Below are positions 39,497 to 49,651 of a DNA stretch of 64,000 nt, piece after piece; position 1 is the first letter of the stretch; the number at the start of each line of letters is the position of its first letter. The notes beneath the pieces were generated by a model that made no database searches, had not been told where the DNA came from, and worked only from the letters and a program-made list of their open reading frames with translations. Location: assembly GCA_963777605.1 (NCBI GenBank), contig CAVZRV010000007.1, forward strand, positions 32,001 through 96,000, in the 5' to 3' direction. Position numbers and translations under genes: made by a program. Source of the DNA: an uncultured Acidobacteriota bacterium. Lineage in GTDB: Bacteria > Acidobacteriota > UBA6911 > RPQK01 > JAPXNP01.

Positions 39497-40309
39497 TCAA
39501 AGGCGGATCGACTCTTCTGAAGATCGGTCCTTCGATTCGAACTTCACGTTCAGGTTCAGTTTCTGGCCCTTTCTCAATACTTCGAGCCTGGCCTCGGCTC
39601 CGGACAGCGCCCGGGTCAACTCCTGAGGGTCGTTGACCTTCTTGCCGTCAACTGAAACGATCACATCCCCGGCCTTCAGTCCTGCCTTCTCTCCTGGCGA
39701 GCCGGGCTGGACTTCCAGGACCAGCACGCCGGTGTGGCCGGAAATTCCGAGGAAATCGGCCATCTGGTCAGTCAAGGGCGCGACGTTGATTCCCAACTTC
39801 GGCTTGCCGGGTGCAATGATGATGTCCTGGTCCGATCGACCATGGAATTCGGGAAGATTCGGCCCGCGGAAGCTGAACCCCCTTTCCGGACGAGCCCTCC
39901 AGGTCGGCCCTGGTCGAGCCCCGACCTGGACCACGAGATCGAGCGACTTGCCGGAACGCCATACCGTGATCGGCACTTTCCGAGCCGGCGGAGTGTCGGC
40001 CACCAGGCGCTGAAACTGGCTGGCGCTGAATACCGGAATCCCGGCATAGTTCAGGATCACGTCGCCATCCTGAATTCCGCCCTCGCTGGCCGGTGAATTC
40101 TCACCCACCCTTTCGGCAATTACGCCGCTTTCTTCCTTAAGGCCGAGACGCGTCACGTCATCGACCGTGACATCACGGAGGTAAACCCCGAGATAGCCCC
40201 CCGATCCCTGCCCGAGTTGCATCCCCAATGACTGGGTGGCGGGCTGCCCATTGACGGGAATAACGAATGCTGCAAGACCAATAATCACAAGAAGGAGTGC
40301 ATGTTTCAT
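39497..40309 (-). CDS. Periplasmic two-PDZ-domain protein (HtrA-like PDZs, no protease domain)
   Basis: Signal peptide; GYLGV and PKLGI carboxylate loops; SPA..G..GDVI twice; no His-Asp-Ser trypsin domain. Confidence 0.88.
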   Translation of the reverse strand: MKHALLLVIIGLAAFVIPVNGQPATQSLGMQLGQGSGGYLGVYLRDVTVDDVTRLGLKEESGVIAERVGENSPASEGGIQDGDVILNYAGIPVFSASQFQRLVADTPPARKVPITVWRSGKSLDLVVQVGARPGPTWRARPERGFSFRGPNLPEFHGRSDQDIIIAPGKPKLGINVAPLTDQMADFLGISGHTGVLVLEVQPGSPGEKAGLKAGDVIVSVDGKKVNDPQELTRALSGAEARLEVLRKGQKLNLNVKFESKDRSSEESIRL

Positions 40310-40334
40310 CGTTTTGCTCCTTTACCTCTTCTTT

Positions 40335-40361
40335 ACACGTCGAAATTTGCCCTGTAGTTCC
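40335..40361 (-). promoter_or_regulatory. ECF-type promoter GGAAC-N17-CGTGT for the PDZ gene
   Basis: AAC -35 / CGT -10 pattern typical of ECF sigma factors; adjacent divergent ECF gene. Confidence 0.5.
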
Positions 40362-40480
40362 CCCGAATCGGTTCATCGGGTCGGGAAGGTTCTGATATCC
40401 TGATGAGGCGTCGGCGATTAGCCGATATGCTTGCAACTTTTGCTGAACGTAACAATCCAAATACTTGAGCAAGATTTAGA

Positions 40481-41122
40481 GTGCCGACCCGAAATACTGG
40501 GGCCGCCAATAAAAAGGATTCGACTTTATCGAGCGGGGAGATTGCCGCCCTGGTCGAAGGCGCCCAGCGTGGTGATATCGATGACTTTCAGCGACTGTAT
40601 CGAATATACAGCAGGAAGATCTTGAATTATCTGTACCGCATGACCGGATCCAGGGAAGAGGCTGAGGATCTGGCCCAGGAGACTTTCGTTCTAGCCTATC
40701 GGAAGATTGCAACCGTGAAAGACCCCAGACGCTTCCAGAGTTGGCTCTTTCGTATTGCCCAGAACAATGTCTACCAGCGTTATCGGGGGAAGAAACCCCA
40801 GTTCGAATCGATCGATCGGGAGGAATCGTCCGAGCTTTCCGGGCTCCAGGGGCTCGAATCTCCCCTTAACAGCCCGGAAGAGAACATCCTGTCCGAGGAA
40901 CTGGAAGACATGGTGACCCGGGCGATCAGCGAACTGCCTGAAAAATACCGCACGGTCTTTGTTCTTTCGGCCATCCAGAAACTCAGCTACCAGGAAATCA
41001 GCGAGATTGTGAATCGATCTCTGGCGTCGGTGAAATCCGACATTCACCGGGCCCGAGTGGCGGTCAGAGACAAGGTAAAAGGTTACTTGGGGGACAGCTA
41101 TGGAATGTCAAAGTTGCAGTAA
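40481..41122 (+). CDS. ECF RNA polymerase sigma factor
   Basis: AEDLAQETF, FQSWLFRIA.N (region 2); LPEKYR..FVL...LSYQEI...VKSDIHRAR (region 4). Confidence 0.95.
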   Translation: MPTRNTGAANKKDSTLSSGEIAALVEGAQRGDIDDFQRLYRIYSRKILNYLYRMTGSREEAEDLAQETFVLAYRKIATVKDPRRFQSWLFRIAQNNVYQRYRGKKPQFESIDREESSELSGLQGLESPLNSPEENILSEELEDMVTRAISELPEKYRTVFVLSAIQKLSYQEISEIVNRSLASVKSDIHRARVAVRDKVKGYLGDSYGMSKLQ

Positions 41123-41618
41123 AGCTTTGACTGCCCTTATCGACGGGGAACTTGACAGCGAAAAAAGCCGGGACATTCGGGAGCACTTGTCAATCTGTTC
41201 CCCGTGCCAGTCAGAACATGATTCCCTGTTCGAGTCGCTGCAGATGGTCGAAGGGCTCCCCTCCCTCGAACCTGAGGACCGACTCTGGGCTCGGATCAAT
41301 TCAGATATTGCAGCCCTCCCAATCCCGCGGAATTGGGTCCAGTCCTTCCTGGACCCGCTTTTTGCCCGGCGATGGGTTCCCGTTTCCGCCTTCGGCGCCG
41401 TTCTGATCCTGGTCATGGTCATAGTCCTCTGGAAGCCGGCCGACCCGGTTCAGGACCAATTCTCCCAGTTCATGCAGCACAGGGAAGCAATTTACAACCA
41501 GCAGCGCGAGATTCTATTCAACCCGGACGAAGTCTTTCGAGACCGGGTAGCTCGAAATCCTTTTGCCCAGCGGGTCAGTGTCGCTGACCCGAACCCGTTC
41601 AGGAGTGAAGTGCGATGA
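41100..41618 (+). CDS. Zinc-finger (zf-HC2) membrane anti-sigma factor
   Basis: C...L...IDGEL, HLSICSPC (HxxxCxxC), one TM helix. Confidence 0.9.
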   Translation: MECQSCSKALTALIDGELDSEKSRDIREHLSICSPCQSEHDSLFESLQMVEGLPSLEPEDRLWARINSDIAALPIPRNWVQSFLDPLFARRWVPVSAFGAVLILVMVIVLWKPADPVQDQFSQFMQHREAIYNQQREILFNPDEVFRDRVARNPFAQRVSVADPNPFRSEVR

Positions 41619-42049
41619 TGATTTGCGGCCTTATCACGGCAATTTGGTTTTGTTCGCCGGCAGTCTTCATCACGCAACAAAACTGGGAGGAGACGCGGGT
41701 CATTGCTGAAACCCAGCACGAAATCGTCCTCCTGCTGATCGAGAAGGAGGAATTCGACAAAGTTCCGGAAGCCGCTCGTCAGATCTTCAGCCTTCACTTT
41801 CCAAAACAGCAGGAGCCGCGGGTGGTCAAGGAAGCCGAACTGCTGACCAGTGCACTCCTGCACCACAATCAGGTCAGGATCGCCCACCAGATTCTCGATG
41901 ACGCCCTCAACGCGGTCACCACTCCCGGCGCCAAAGCGGCACTGCACAAAGAGAAGGGTTACATTTACAAGAAGGAGGGCAAGACCGACGATGCGATGCG
42001 AGAGTTCAAGATCGGGCTGGAATTGGAGAAGCAGATAACTCCGCAGTAG
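41615..42049 (+). CDS. Exported TPR-like hypothetical protein
   Basis: Hydrophobic N-terminus; LHKEKGYIYKKEGKTDDAMREF TPR-like repeat; ATG overlaps anti-sigma stop. Confidence 0.7.
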   Translation: MMICGLITAIWFCSPAVFITQQNWEETRVIAETQHEIVLLLIEKEEFDKVPEAARQIFSLHFPKQQEPRVVKEAELLTSALLHHNQVRIAHQILDDALNAVTTPGAKAALHKEKGYIYKKEGKTDDAMREFKIGLELEKQITPQ

Positions 42050-42092
42050 TTCAACTGCTGCCGCCTCTCGGCACGTCAACCAGATTCCGGTT

Positions 42093-42797
42093 ATGCCTTC
42101 TTCCGATACCCTCCTCTCCCGACTGTCGCAGCGCCTGAATGATCTATTCCAGGAACTCAACAGGCGGCCCGCCAAGTTGGTTCATATCGAGTTCTATCCT
42201 TACTCCCGCTTCTCGAGCACGATTCGGCTTCGAGGCGGTGTCCTCAAGATCCGGCTGTCCGACCTTCTCGCAAAAGCACCAGATTCCGTTGTCGAAGCCT
42301 TCGGCATCAGGCTCGTCTACAAGATCTCCGGCCGGAAAGCTCCCCGTCCCGTGTCCGAGTTGTGCCACCGCTTTCTCAACCTTCCGGATACCCGGGATCA
42401 GGAACAGAAACTGCGAAGACAACGCGGACGGAAGCGGCTCCAGCCAGCGTCTGGAGATGTATTCGACCTCGGGCAACTCTTCCGGGACCTCAACCGCAGG
42501 TTCTTTGAGAACTCCCTCGCGGTTGACCAGTTGGGATGGAGTCTTACGAAGAGCCGACGGCGTCTTGGTCATTACGACCCTGCTCACCACGCCATCGTCC
42601 TCAACCGGCGACTCGACAACCCTCTGGTTCCGGAGTACGTGGTCAGCTTCATTCTCTACCACGAAATGCTCCACGCCAGGTTTGCACTTCTGGACGGCAC
42701 CAGCAAACGTCGGGTTCACGATCGCCAATTTCGGCTGGCCGAGCAGCGACACCCCGACCGGCAACGGGCACTTCGCTTCATCCAAAACCACTTCTGA
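42093..42797 (+). CDS. SprT-like / M48-like zinc metallopeptidase
   Basis: FRDLNRRFF, RRRLGHY, YHEMLH (HExxH), downstream H..F. Confidence 0.8.
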   Translation: MPSSDTLLSRLSQRLNDLFQELNRRPAKLVHIEFYPYSRFSSTIRLRGGVLKIRLSDLLAKAPDSVVEAFGIRLVYKISGRKAPRPVSELCHRFLNLPDTRDQEQKLRRQRGRKRLQPASGDVFDLGQLFRDLNRRFFENSLAVDQLGWSLTKSRRRLGHYDPAHHAIVLNRRLDNPLVPEYVVSFILYHEMLHARFALLDGTSKRRVHDRQFRLAEQRHPDRQRALRFIQNHF

Positions 42798-42887
42798 AAC
42801 CGCATTGACCGCCCCCGCGGGATCTCCTACCATCGGGATGGTTTAGTGAGGATATGGACGACTAACTCCGACACGGGAGAACGATCA

Positions 42888-44075
42888 ATGGATAAAGGCA
42901 GAAACGAACTGGTTGCAGCGGCACTCGAAGGACTTTCAATAGAACTCCCGTCGTGGGGATTCGCCAATACAGGCACCCGGTTCGGCAAGTTCATCCAGCC
43001 CGGTGCGGCAACCACAATCGAGGAGAAGTTGGCTGATGCCGCCGAGGTCAATCGTCTCACCGGTTGCTGCCCGCGCGTGGCCGTGCACGTTGCGTGGGAC
43101 TTCCCCGGAGGCGTGACGGCCGCCGGCCCGGTCGCCGACGAGGCCCGGCGTCTCGGGATCTCGATTGGTTCAATCAACCCTACCCTGTTCGAAGAACAGA
43201 GTTACAAATATGGATCGTTGGGGAACCCTGATCGTGAAGTGCGAAAGATGGCCCTGGAGCACATTCGTGAGAGCGTCGCCTGCATGCGCGCGGCAGGCAG
43301 TTCCGAACTTGTTTTGTGGTTCGCGGACGGTTCGAACTACCCCGGCACGGCTCACATCCGCGACCGGAAGCGGTGGTTCGAGGAGGCACTCGCCCAGATC
43401 GGCGAAGAACTTACCAAATCCGAACGGATGCTGGTTGAATACAAGCCGTTCGAGCCGGCCTTTTATCACACCGATATCGCTGACTGGGGAATGGCCTACT
43501 TGTTGGCCCAAAAAGCCGGTCCCCGCGCCCGTGTCCTGGTCGATACGGGTCACCATTACCAGGGACAAAACATCGAACAGATCGTGGCCTGGTTGCTCAG
43601 CGAAGGGATGCTCGGAGGGTTTCATTTCAACGACCGACGCTACGCGGATGACGACCTTACCGTCGGTTCCATCGACCCTTACCAGCTCTTCCGCATCTTC
43701 TATGAAATCCACCTCGAGCGCTGGGAGAATGGTCGATCGGCCCCAATTTCCTACATGGTGGACCAGAGCCACAACCTGAAGGGCAAGATCGAAGCCATGA
43801 TTCAGACCGTTATGACGGTCCAGGAACTCTTTGCCAAAGCGGCCCTGGTTGACTTCGCCGCGCTGCGAGATTTCCAAAGGGAGTGCCGCGTAATCGATGC
43901 CGAAGAGTGCCTGAAAGAGGCGTTCAGGCTGGATGTCAGGGAGACCGTCGAAAACTGGCGAATGAAACGGGGGTTACCGGCCAATCCGCTGCGAGCTGTT
44001 CGAGAGGGGAGTTACCTCCAGCGGATCGAGACCGAGCGCGCCGGGCGCAACCGCGCGAGTGGCGGCTACGTCTAG
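42888..44075 (+). CDS. rhaI: L-rhamnose isomerase-like sugar isomerase (RhaI type)
   Basis: ELPSWGFANTGTRF, LWFADGSNYPG, EYKPFEP.FY.T.IADWG, DTGHH, HFND..YADDDL, DQSH. Confidence 0.8.
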   Translation: MDKGRNELVAAALEGLSIELPSWGFANTGTRFGKFIQPGAATTIEEKLADAAEVNRLTGCCPRVAVHVAWDFPGGVTAAGPVADEARRLGISIGSINPTLFEEQSYKYGSLGNPDREVRKMALEHIRESVACMRAAGSSELVLWFADGSNYPGTAHIRDRKRWFEEALAQIGEELTKSERMLVEYKPFEPAFYHTDIADWGMAYLLAQKAGPRARVLVDTGHHYQGQNIEQIVAWLLSEGMLGGFHFNDRRYADDDLTVGSIDPYQLFRIFYEIHLERWENGRSAPISYMVDQSHNLKGKIEAMIQTVMTVQELFAKAALVDFAALRDFQRECRVIDAEECLKEAFRLDVRETVENWRMKRGLPANPLRAVREGSYLQRIETERAGRNRASGGYV

Positions 44076-44125
44076 TGTCCACCAGGGTGTACAATGCGCA
44101 GACTCGTTCAGTTTCAGGAGAAGTA

Positions 44126-44995
44126 ATGGAGATTTCTGCCAAAACCCGGCTTTGTGCGGTGATCGGCGATCCCGTCGAACACTCCCTCTCTCCCGAGATT
44201 CAGAACGCTGCATTTTTGCATGCCAGACTGGATTTCACCTACGTCGCCTTCCACGTCGCCAGGGGGCGCTTGCTTCACGCCCTCAACGGTGTCCGGGCGA
44301 TGGGCATCCGCGGGCTTTCTGTCACCATTCCACACAAAGTCGACATCATCCCGTTTCTCGACGAAGTTGCTCCCGAGGCCGCCTACGTGGGATCGGTCAA
44401 CACGGTGCTGAACGACAACGGCCGGTTGGTCGGCCACAGCACCGATGGCCGCGGAGCCGTTCGGGCGTTCGAGAGCAAGGGTGTACAGGTCGCCGGAAAA
44501 TCAATCCTTGTCCTCGGATCAGGAGGGGCGGCCCGAGCGATTGCTTTCGCTCTTGCGGTCCTCGATCCCAAGCCGAACATTCGGATCCTCGGCGTCATTC
44601 CCGAGGAACTGGAAAACCTCGCCAATGACCTCACATCCCGAACCGACACCCCCGTTTCGTCGGACTTGTTGACCGCCCGGAGCGTCGAAAGAGGCACTGC
44701 CGAGGCTGAAATCATCGTTCACGCTACGCCTGTCGGGATGGCCCCGAAAATCGACGTTTCCCTGATTCCAGCCGAACTTCTTCGCCCTGACCTCGTGGTC
44801 TTCGATGCCGTCTACACGCCCCTCAAGACCCGGCTTTTGCAGAGTGCAGAGCAGGCCGGAGCGCGCATTGTCCCGGGGTTGGGCATGTTCGTCCACCAGG
44901 GAGCAATCCAGTTTGAGCTCTGGACCGGAAAGCCTGCCCCCGTCGAGACCATGGAACAGACCGTGACCGCAGCATTGGCGAGGCGAAACTCGTGA
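44126..44995 (+). CDS. aroE: Shikimate dehydrogenase
   Basis: G.PVEHSLSP, SVTIPHK, SVNT, GSGGAARA, ATPVGM, GLGMFVHQG. Confidence 0.95.
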   Translation: MEISAKTRLCAVIGDPVEHSLSPEIQNAAFLHARLDFTYVAFHVARGRLLHALNGVRAMGIRGLSVTIPHKVDIIPFLDEVAPEAAYVGSVNTVLNDNGRLVGHSTDGRGAVRAFESKGVQVAGKSILVLGSGGAARAIAFALAVLDPKPNIRILGVIPEELENLANDLTSRTDTPVSSDLLTARSVERGTAEAEIIVHATPVGMAPKIDVSLIPAELLRPDLVVFDAVYTPLKTRLLQSAEQAGARIVPGLGMFVHQGAIQFELWTGKPAPVETMEQTVTAALARRNS

Positions 44996-45504
44996 ACCTG
45001 GTACTCATCGGTTACCGGGGAACCGGCAAGAGCACCATCGGAAGGCTGGTCGCTGAAGAACTCGGGGTGCCGTACATCAGCCTGGACGGGGAAATTGTTC
45101 GCCGCGCGGGATGCAGTATCCCGGAGCTCGTTGCCTCCCATTCATGGGACTATTTTCGCGACCTCGAGTCGGCTGTCGTCAGTGATTTCGCCGCTCGCGA
45201 CGGCCTCGTCCTCGACACCGGCGGAGGTGTTGTCACCCGGCCTTCGAACGTGGAGCAACTGCGCGCTTCCGGGATGGTCTTCCTCCTCGCGGCAACGATC
45301 GCCGACATCGTGGAGAGAATCGGTGGAGACAGCGAACGCCCCTCTTTGACCGGCAGCAAGAGTTTCACCGAGGAGGTTGAGGAGGTTCTCGAAGCTCGGC
45401 GCCCACTGTACTCGTCGGCCGCCCACGCCGTAATCGACACCTCGAGTCTCTCGGCCGAGGAAGCTGCCCGCGAGATCATCTCCCGTTTCAGATCGGGTCA
45501 CTGA
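44992..45504 (+). CDS. aroK: Shikimate kinase
   Basis: GYRGTGKST, FRDLE, TGGGVV, RPSL, R.PLY. Confidence 0.93.
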   Translation: MNLVLIGYRGTGKSTIGRLVAEELGVPYISLDGEIVRRAGCSIPELVASHSWDYFRDLESAVVSDFAARDGLVLDTGGGVVTRPSNVEQLRASGMVFLLAATIADIVERIGGDSERPSLTGSKSFTEEVEEVLEARRPLYSSAAHAVIDTSSLSAEEAAREIISRFRSGH

Positions 45505-45529
45505 GCATAGCCTGCGGAGGCAGGCCAAC

Positions 45530-46162
45530 CTAACGCGTGTCCTGCGGGCTTCGGTCCCGTCGATCGGAACCGCCGGAAGGGGCGCCTGAAGAAGACCGGT
45601 ACTGAGCGGCGATTCCCATCCCTCCCAGGAGGACCCAGGCCACCAGCAGGAAAGTGGCCGACGGTGAACTCCAGTAAACCGGTGGGTTCCTGAGAATCTC
45701 GTTCGGAACGGCCAATCCCGCGAGGACGGCAACCGCGGCCAGGACCGCCCACGCCCCTACGAACGCAGTTGATATGACAATCAAGAGCCTCTGCATCGCC
45801 AGGGCGAGGACTCCACAGACGACCGCCGCGATCAGAACGACAAGGGTCCGTTGCCAGCCGAAGTTGGCGGCAGCCATCAACCCGACGAGAGCCCCCAGTC
45901 CAGCCCCCGCAATGAAGATCCCCACGAAGTAGAAGAATCCAAGCAGAAAGGCCCCCAAGGCCCCGCCAAGAATCCCCGCGATCAAGGCCAGAGCATTTGA
46001 GGGTTCGACGAAGGTATAGAACAATCCGCCCGCAAGCACCGCGCCGAGGACGAAACCCAACAGTACAAGGACGAATCGGAAAAGGCGATACCCCGCGAAA
46101 CAGGCGATCAATCCTCCCACCAAGGCAGCTACCACGCCAAATTGGTGAATCCAGATGATCAT
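45530..46162 (-). CDS. DUF4203 (TMEM198-like) membrane protein
   Basis: CFAGYRLFR, Gly-rich TM helices, STAFVGA, G...QY. Confidence 0.75.
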   Translation of the reverse strand: MIIWIHQFGVVAALVGGLIACFAGYRLFRFVLVLLGFVLGAVLAGGLFYTFVEPSNALALIAGILGGALGAFLLGFFYFVGIFIAGAGLGALVGLMAAANFGWQRTLVVLIAAVVCGVLALAMQRLLIVISTAFVGAWAVLAAVAVLAGLAVPNEILRNPPVYWSSPSATFLLVAWVLLGGMGIAAQYRSSSGAPSGGSDRRDRSPQDTR

Positions 46163-46202
46163 AGCTCCTCCATGCTACCGCCGTCAGGGGTGGATTGGGA
46201 AC

Positions 46203-47183
46203 TCAGGCATCGGCTCTCAATGCTGCCAGCAACTCTTCGACCGAGACGGTCGCGGTACCCAATTTGCCGACGACAACCCCGGCAGCATGGTTCGCTATCA
46301 CCGCAGCGTCAGCCGGTGTCGCCCGAGAAGCGAACGCAAGAGTCAGGGCCGCGATTACCGTATCACCCGCTCCAGTGACGTCAAAGACCTCTCTCGCCAC
46401 CGCTGCAAAGTGTTCGATCTTGCCACCCGAAAGAAGGGACATTCCTTCCTCGCCCCGAGTAATCAGAACGTGTTCGCTCCGACAAACCGCCTGAATCCTC
46501 TCCGCGGCCGCAATCAACGATTCCTCGCCGTAAATCTCGATACCGGCCGCACGGCTCGCCTCTTTCAAGTTCGGCGTGATGATGGAGACCCCTTCATAGG
46601 AGGAAAAATCCACTCTTTTCGGATCGACCGCGACGAACATCGACCGCCGCCGCGTCTGGCTGACGAGGGATCGAACCAGGTCCCGGGTCACCACTCCTTT
46701 GGAGTAGTCGGAAATCACCACGGCATCGACGTCGTCCAGGGCATGGAGAGTCTGCTCCTCGAGGCGCCGTGCAGTGTCCTCCTCAAGAGCCCCGCTACCC
46801 TCCCGATCGAAACGGCAGACCTGTTGATGGTGAGCGATGATCCGGCTCTTCGTCGTCGTTAGCCTCGAGCCATCAACAATAATCCCCGAACCGTCGATTC
46901 CGCCGTTGTCCGGGTGATTGAGAAAACGCCGGCCGGCATCGTCGCCACCCAAGATTCCCACAAGGCGGACTCGGGCACCCAGTGAAACCAGGTTGCGGGC
47001 AACATTGGCAGCTCCTCCAAGATGCTCCGACTCCCGGGTCACCTCGACAACCGGGACAGGAGCCTCCGGTGAAATCCGATCCACCCGTCCCCAGATGAAT
47101 TCGTCCAGGATGAGATCGCCGACGACGGCAACTCTCTGGGCAGAAAACCGATCCAAGACTTCCTGCAGCTGCTTGTCGATCAA
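46203..47183 (-). CDS. rfaE1: D-glycero-beta-D-manno-heptose-7-phosphate kinase (RfaE domain I)
   Basis: VVGDLILD, RISPEAPVPV, GGAANVA.N, SDYSKG, DVTGAGDT. Confidence 0.93.
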   Translation of the reverse strand: MIDKQLQEVLDRFSAQRVAVVGDLILDEFIWGRVDRISPEAPVPVVEVTRESEHLGGAANVARNLVSLGARVRLVGILGGDDAGRRFLNHPDNGGIDGSGIIVDGSRLTTTKSRIIAHHQQVCRFDREGSGALEEDTARRLEEQTLHALDDVDAVVISDYSKGVVTRDLVRSLVSQTRRRSMFVAVDPKRVDFSSYEGVSIITPNLKEASRAAGIEIYGEESLIAAAERIQAVCRSEHVLITRGEEGMSLLSGGKIEHFAAVAREVFDVTGAGDTVIAALTLAFASRATPADAAVIANHAAGVVVGKLGTATVSVEELLAALRADA

Positions 47184-47184
47184 C

Positions 47185-47796
47185 TTAACCGCTCCCTTTC
47201 CGATCGGAGTTGGCCAAAACTGACTCACTCGCGCCGGCGAGCCGGAAGGACTGCAACTTACGATACTCGGCTCCCTGCGGGCGAAGAATGCTCTGATAAA
47301 GATGGAACTCCTCTGCCGCGACACTTCCCAGGTCTACCTCCGGGCTGCGCCGTTCGACGAAATCCATCAGTAGCGCGATCCTGCGGCGGGATCGAATCCG
47401 GGCCAGGGTCAAGTGGGCCTGGAACTCTCTCTTCTCCACGGGAAATCCGACCCGCTGCAGGGATTCCTCGACAGACCGCTGCAAATCAACAAGTCCCCGA
47501 TTGGCACACCGAATCCCGGTCCACACAACTCTCGGGTTGGCGAGGTGCGGAAAAACACCAAGGCCCTCAATTCCGAGGTCAAAGGCCCGCGCCCGAATTG
47601 CTGTTTCCCGGAGGGCCGTTCCGATCTCGGCAAGCCGAGACTCCTCAACGTCACCCAGAAACTTCAACGTGATGTGAATTGACTCCGGTCGGGGAAACTT
47701 GGCGTCAATGCCGAGCCGCCTCATTTCGTCCATCAGCCCGGCCAGGCCCGAACGAACTTCGTCCGGAACCGGAAGCGCAACGAAGGAACGGATCAC
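47185..47796 (-). CDS. thpR: RNA 2',3'-cyclic phosphodiesterase
   Basis: Two HxT motifs (HITLKFLG, HLTLAR), R.FVA, LYQS.L. Confidence 0.93.
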   Translation of the reverse strand: MIRSFVALPVPDEVRSGLAGLMDEMRRLGIDAKFPRPESIHITLKFLGDVEESRLAEIGTALRETAIRARAFDLGIEGLGVFPHLANPRVVWTGIRCANRGLVDLQRSVEESLQRVGFPVEKREFQAHLTLARIRSRRRIALLMDFVERRSPEVDLGSVAAEEFHLYQSILRPQGAEYRKLQSFRLAGASESVLANSDRKGSG

Positions 47797-49028
47797 AACA
47801 ATTCCCTCCGGACCCAGTCCAGGGCAAGGTTGCTCGTCCGCAGCCGAACCATCTCACGGTCGCCCGGCATCCAGAGGCGCTTTGAGATGGTCCTACTTCC
47901 CGTTGACAATCCAAGAAACACCGTCCCCACCGGCTTTTCCTCCGAACCGCCGGTCGGACCCGCAATTCCCGTTGTCGACAACCCTATCGAAGCCCCCAAT
48001 CGTTCTCTGACGCCGCGGGCCATCATCTCGGCAACCGGGGCACTCACCGCTCCCTCGGTCTCAAGCAAAACCGGTTCGACCCCGAGCAGACCCGACTTCA
48101 CGGAATTGGCGTAAGAAACCACACTCCCGACAAAGTAGTCCGAACTACCTGAAACATCGGTCAGGAGCTTGGCAACCAGGCCGCCGGTACACGATTCCGC
48201 AGTGGAGATCGACTGTCCACAGTCCCGCAACAATCGCCCCACGACCTCAGCAAGGTCTTCATCCCGTTCAGAATAAACCGCCGGGCCGAGTCGCACCTTC
48301 ACTCGCCCGACCAGTTCATCCAACGTTCGGTTCGCCAGTTCCTCGTCGGCCTCGCCTCGCCAGCTGAAGTAGAGGCTGATCACTCCTGGAGAAGAAAGAA
48401 TCGTCGTCTCAACATCCGGATATTCCTGATAGATCCCCTCCACGCTGGCGTCAACCCTCGATTCGGCCTCCCCTCCGACTTTCAGCTCGCGGATCCAGGA
48501 CGGGACAACAGGGAACTTCTGGCGGATCAGGGGAACCACCTGTTCATCCATCATGGGTCCCAACTCGCGGGGAGGACCGGGCAACAGGATCACCCACTGA
48601 CTGCCTCGCTCGAGCAGGAGTCCAGGCGCCGTGCCACGCGAGTTGGGGAGCACGCGGGCGCCATCGGGAACCTGAGCCTGACGGCGGTTGTTCCCTGTCA
48701 TCTTGAGACCGACCCGAGCATAGCGCTTCTCCATGCGGGCCAGGACCGAGGAATCCTCTCTGAGCGTCAAACCGAGGAAATCGGCCACCGCTTCCCGGGT
48801 GACATCATCATTGGTTGGCCCCAGGCCCCCGGTCAAAATCACCAGGTCCGCCTTTTCCAGGGCCAGCGCGAGACTGGCCCCCAGTTCATCCAGGGAGTCG
48901 GACACCACCGACTTCCGGAGAATCTCAAAGCCTAACGGCAGCAAACGGGAAGCCAGAAACAGGGAGTTCGTCTCGGTCCGGGCGAAGGAGAGCAGTTCCG
49001 ACCCGACTGCAATAATTTCACAGCGCAT
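47793..49028 (-). CDS. cinA: Competence/damage-inducible protein CinA (MoCF domain plus PncC)
   Basis: VGSELL, GGLGPT.DD.T, GTAPG, LPGPP.E, TAESCTGG, TGIAGP.GG. Confidence 0.95.
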   Translation of the reverse strand: MRCEIIAVGSELLSFARTETNSLFLASRLLPLGFEILRKSVVSDSLDELGASLALALEKADLVILTGGLGPTNDDVTREAVADFLGLTLREDSSVLARMEKRYARVGLKMTGNNRRQAQVPDGARVLPNSRGTAPGLLLERGSQWVILLPGPPRELGPMMDEQVVPLIRQKFPVVPSWIRELKVGGEAESRVDASVEGIYQEYPDVETTILSSPGVISLYFSWRGEADEELANRTLDELVGRVKVRLGPAVYSERDEDLAEVVGRLLRDCGQSISTAESCTGGLVAKLLTDVSGSSDYFVGSVVSYANSVKSGLLGVEPVLLETEGAVSAPVAEMMARGVRERLGASIGLSTTGIAGPTGGSEEKPVGTVFLGLSTGSRTISKRLWMPGDREMVRLRTSNLALDWVRRELL

Positions 49029-49540
49029 GGACTATCAGCAGGATCAGACCGGCGTAAAGCCCCGCCACACAGTCGTCCATAATGACACCCAGCCCTCCCG
49101 GAAACCTCTCGCAGCGATCGACGGGGGGAGGTTTGAGAATGTCGAAGACGACGGAACAGGGCAAATCCACCGAGAAACCAGAAGACCCCCTCCGAAACGA
49201 AGAGAAACGGGATCGACTGACCGATAATCTCATCGATAACGACAAAATTCGGGTCTTCATCCCCGAAGTAACGGGCAACCTGTCCGGAGCTTATCCACGC
49301 AAGCGGAAACAAGAACACCACGGCCAGGATGTTCGCAATCCAGGCACCCATTGGTGGCGCCAACGTGTAAACGCCGAACCAGATCGTCGCCGTGACAAGG
49401 GAAGCCCAGGTTCCGGGAGCCAGCGGCAGGTAACCGATCCCGAAGCCGGTCGCCAGGCAATGGGACAGCGCAAAACTACCGGCCTCCCTCCCCTTCAGCT
49501 TGGCCGGTTTTCTCTCCGGCAATCCTGAAATCCCCATCAA
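49018..49540 (-). CDS. pgpA: Phosphatidylglycerophosphatase A, split by a +1 frameshift near 49160
   Basis: APGTWAS, DP..VVIDEI.GQ and FALFR in one frame; FDILKP...[11 protein letters not shown] in the other; start uncertain. Confidence 0.88.
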
Positions 49541-49646
49541 TCCACCGTCCCAAATCCAGCAGGCGACATCGGTCGCTGCAAAAAGGAAGAAACGAGGATT
49601 CGAGACTTACCGGCCGATGACAAGTCGGGCAGACCCTCTTCCTCAC
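49476..49646 (-). CDS. yacG: DNA gyrase inhibitor YacG
   Basis: Not in ORF track. GTG 49646 (or TTG 49655): [44 protein letters not shown]..., with CPxC...PFCSxRC..DLG.W. Confidence 0.92.
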   Translation of the reverse strand: MRKRVCPTCHRPVSLESSFLPFCSDRCRLLDLGRWIDGDFRIAGEKTGQAEGEGGR

Positions 49647-49651
49647 GGTCT

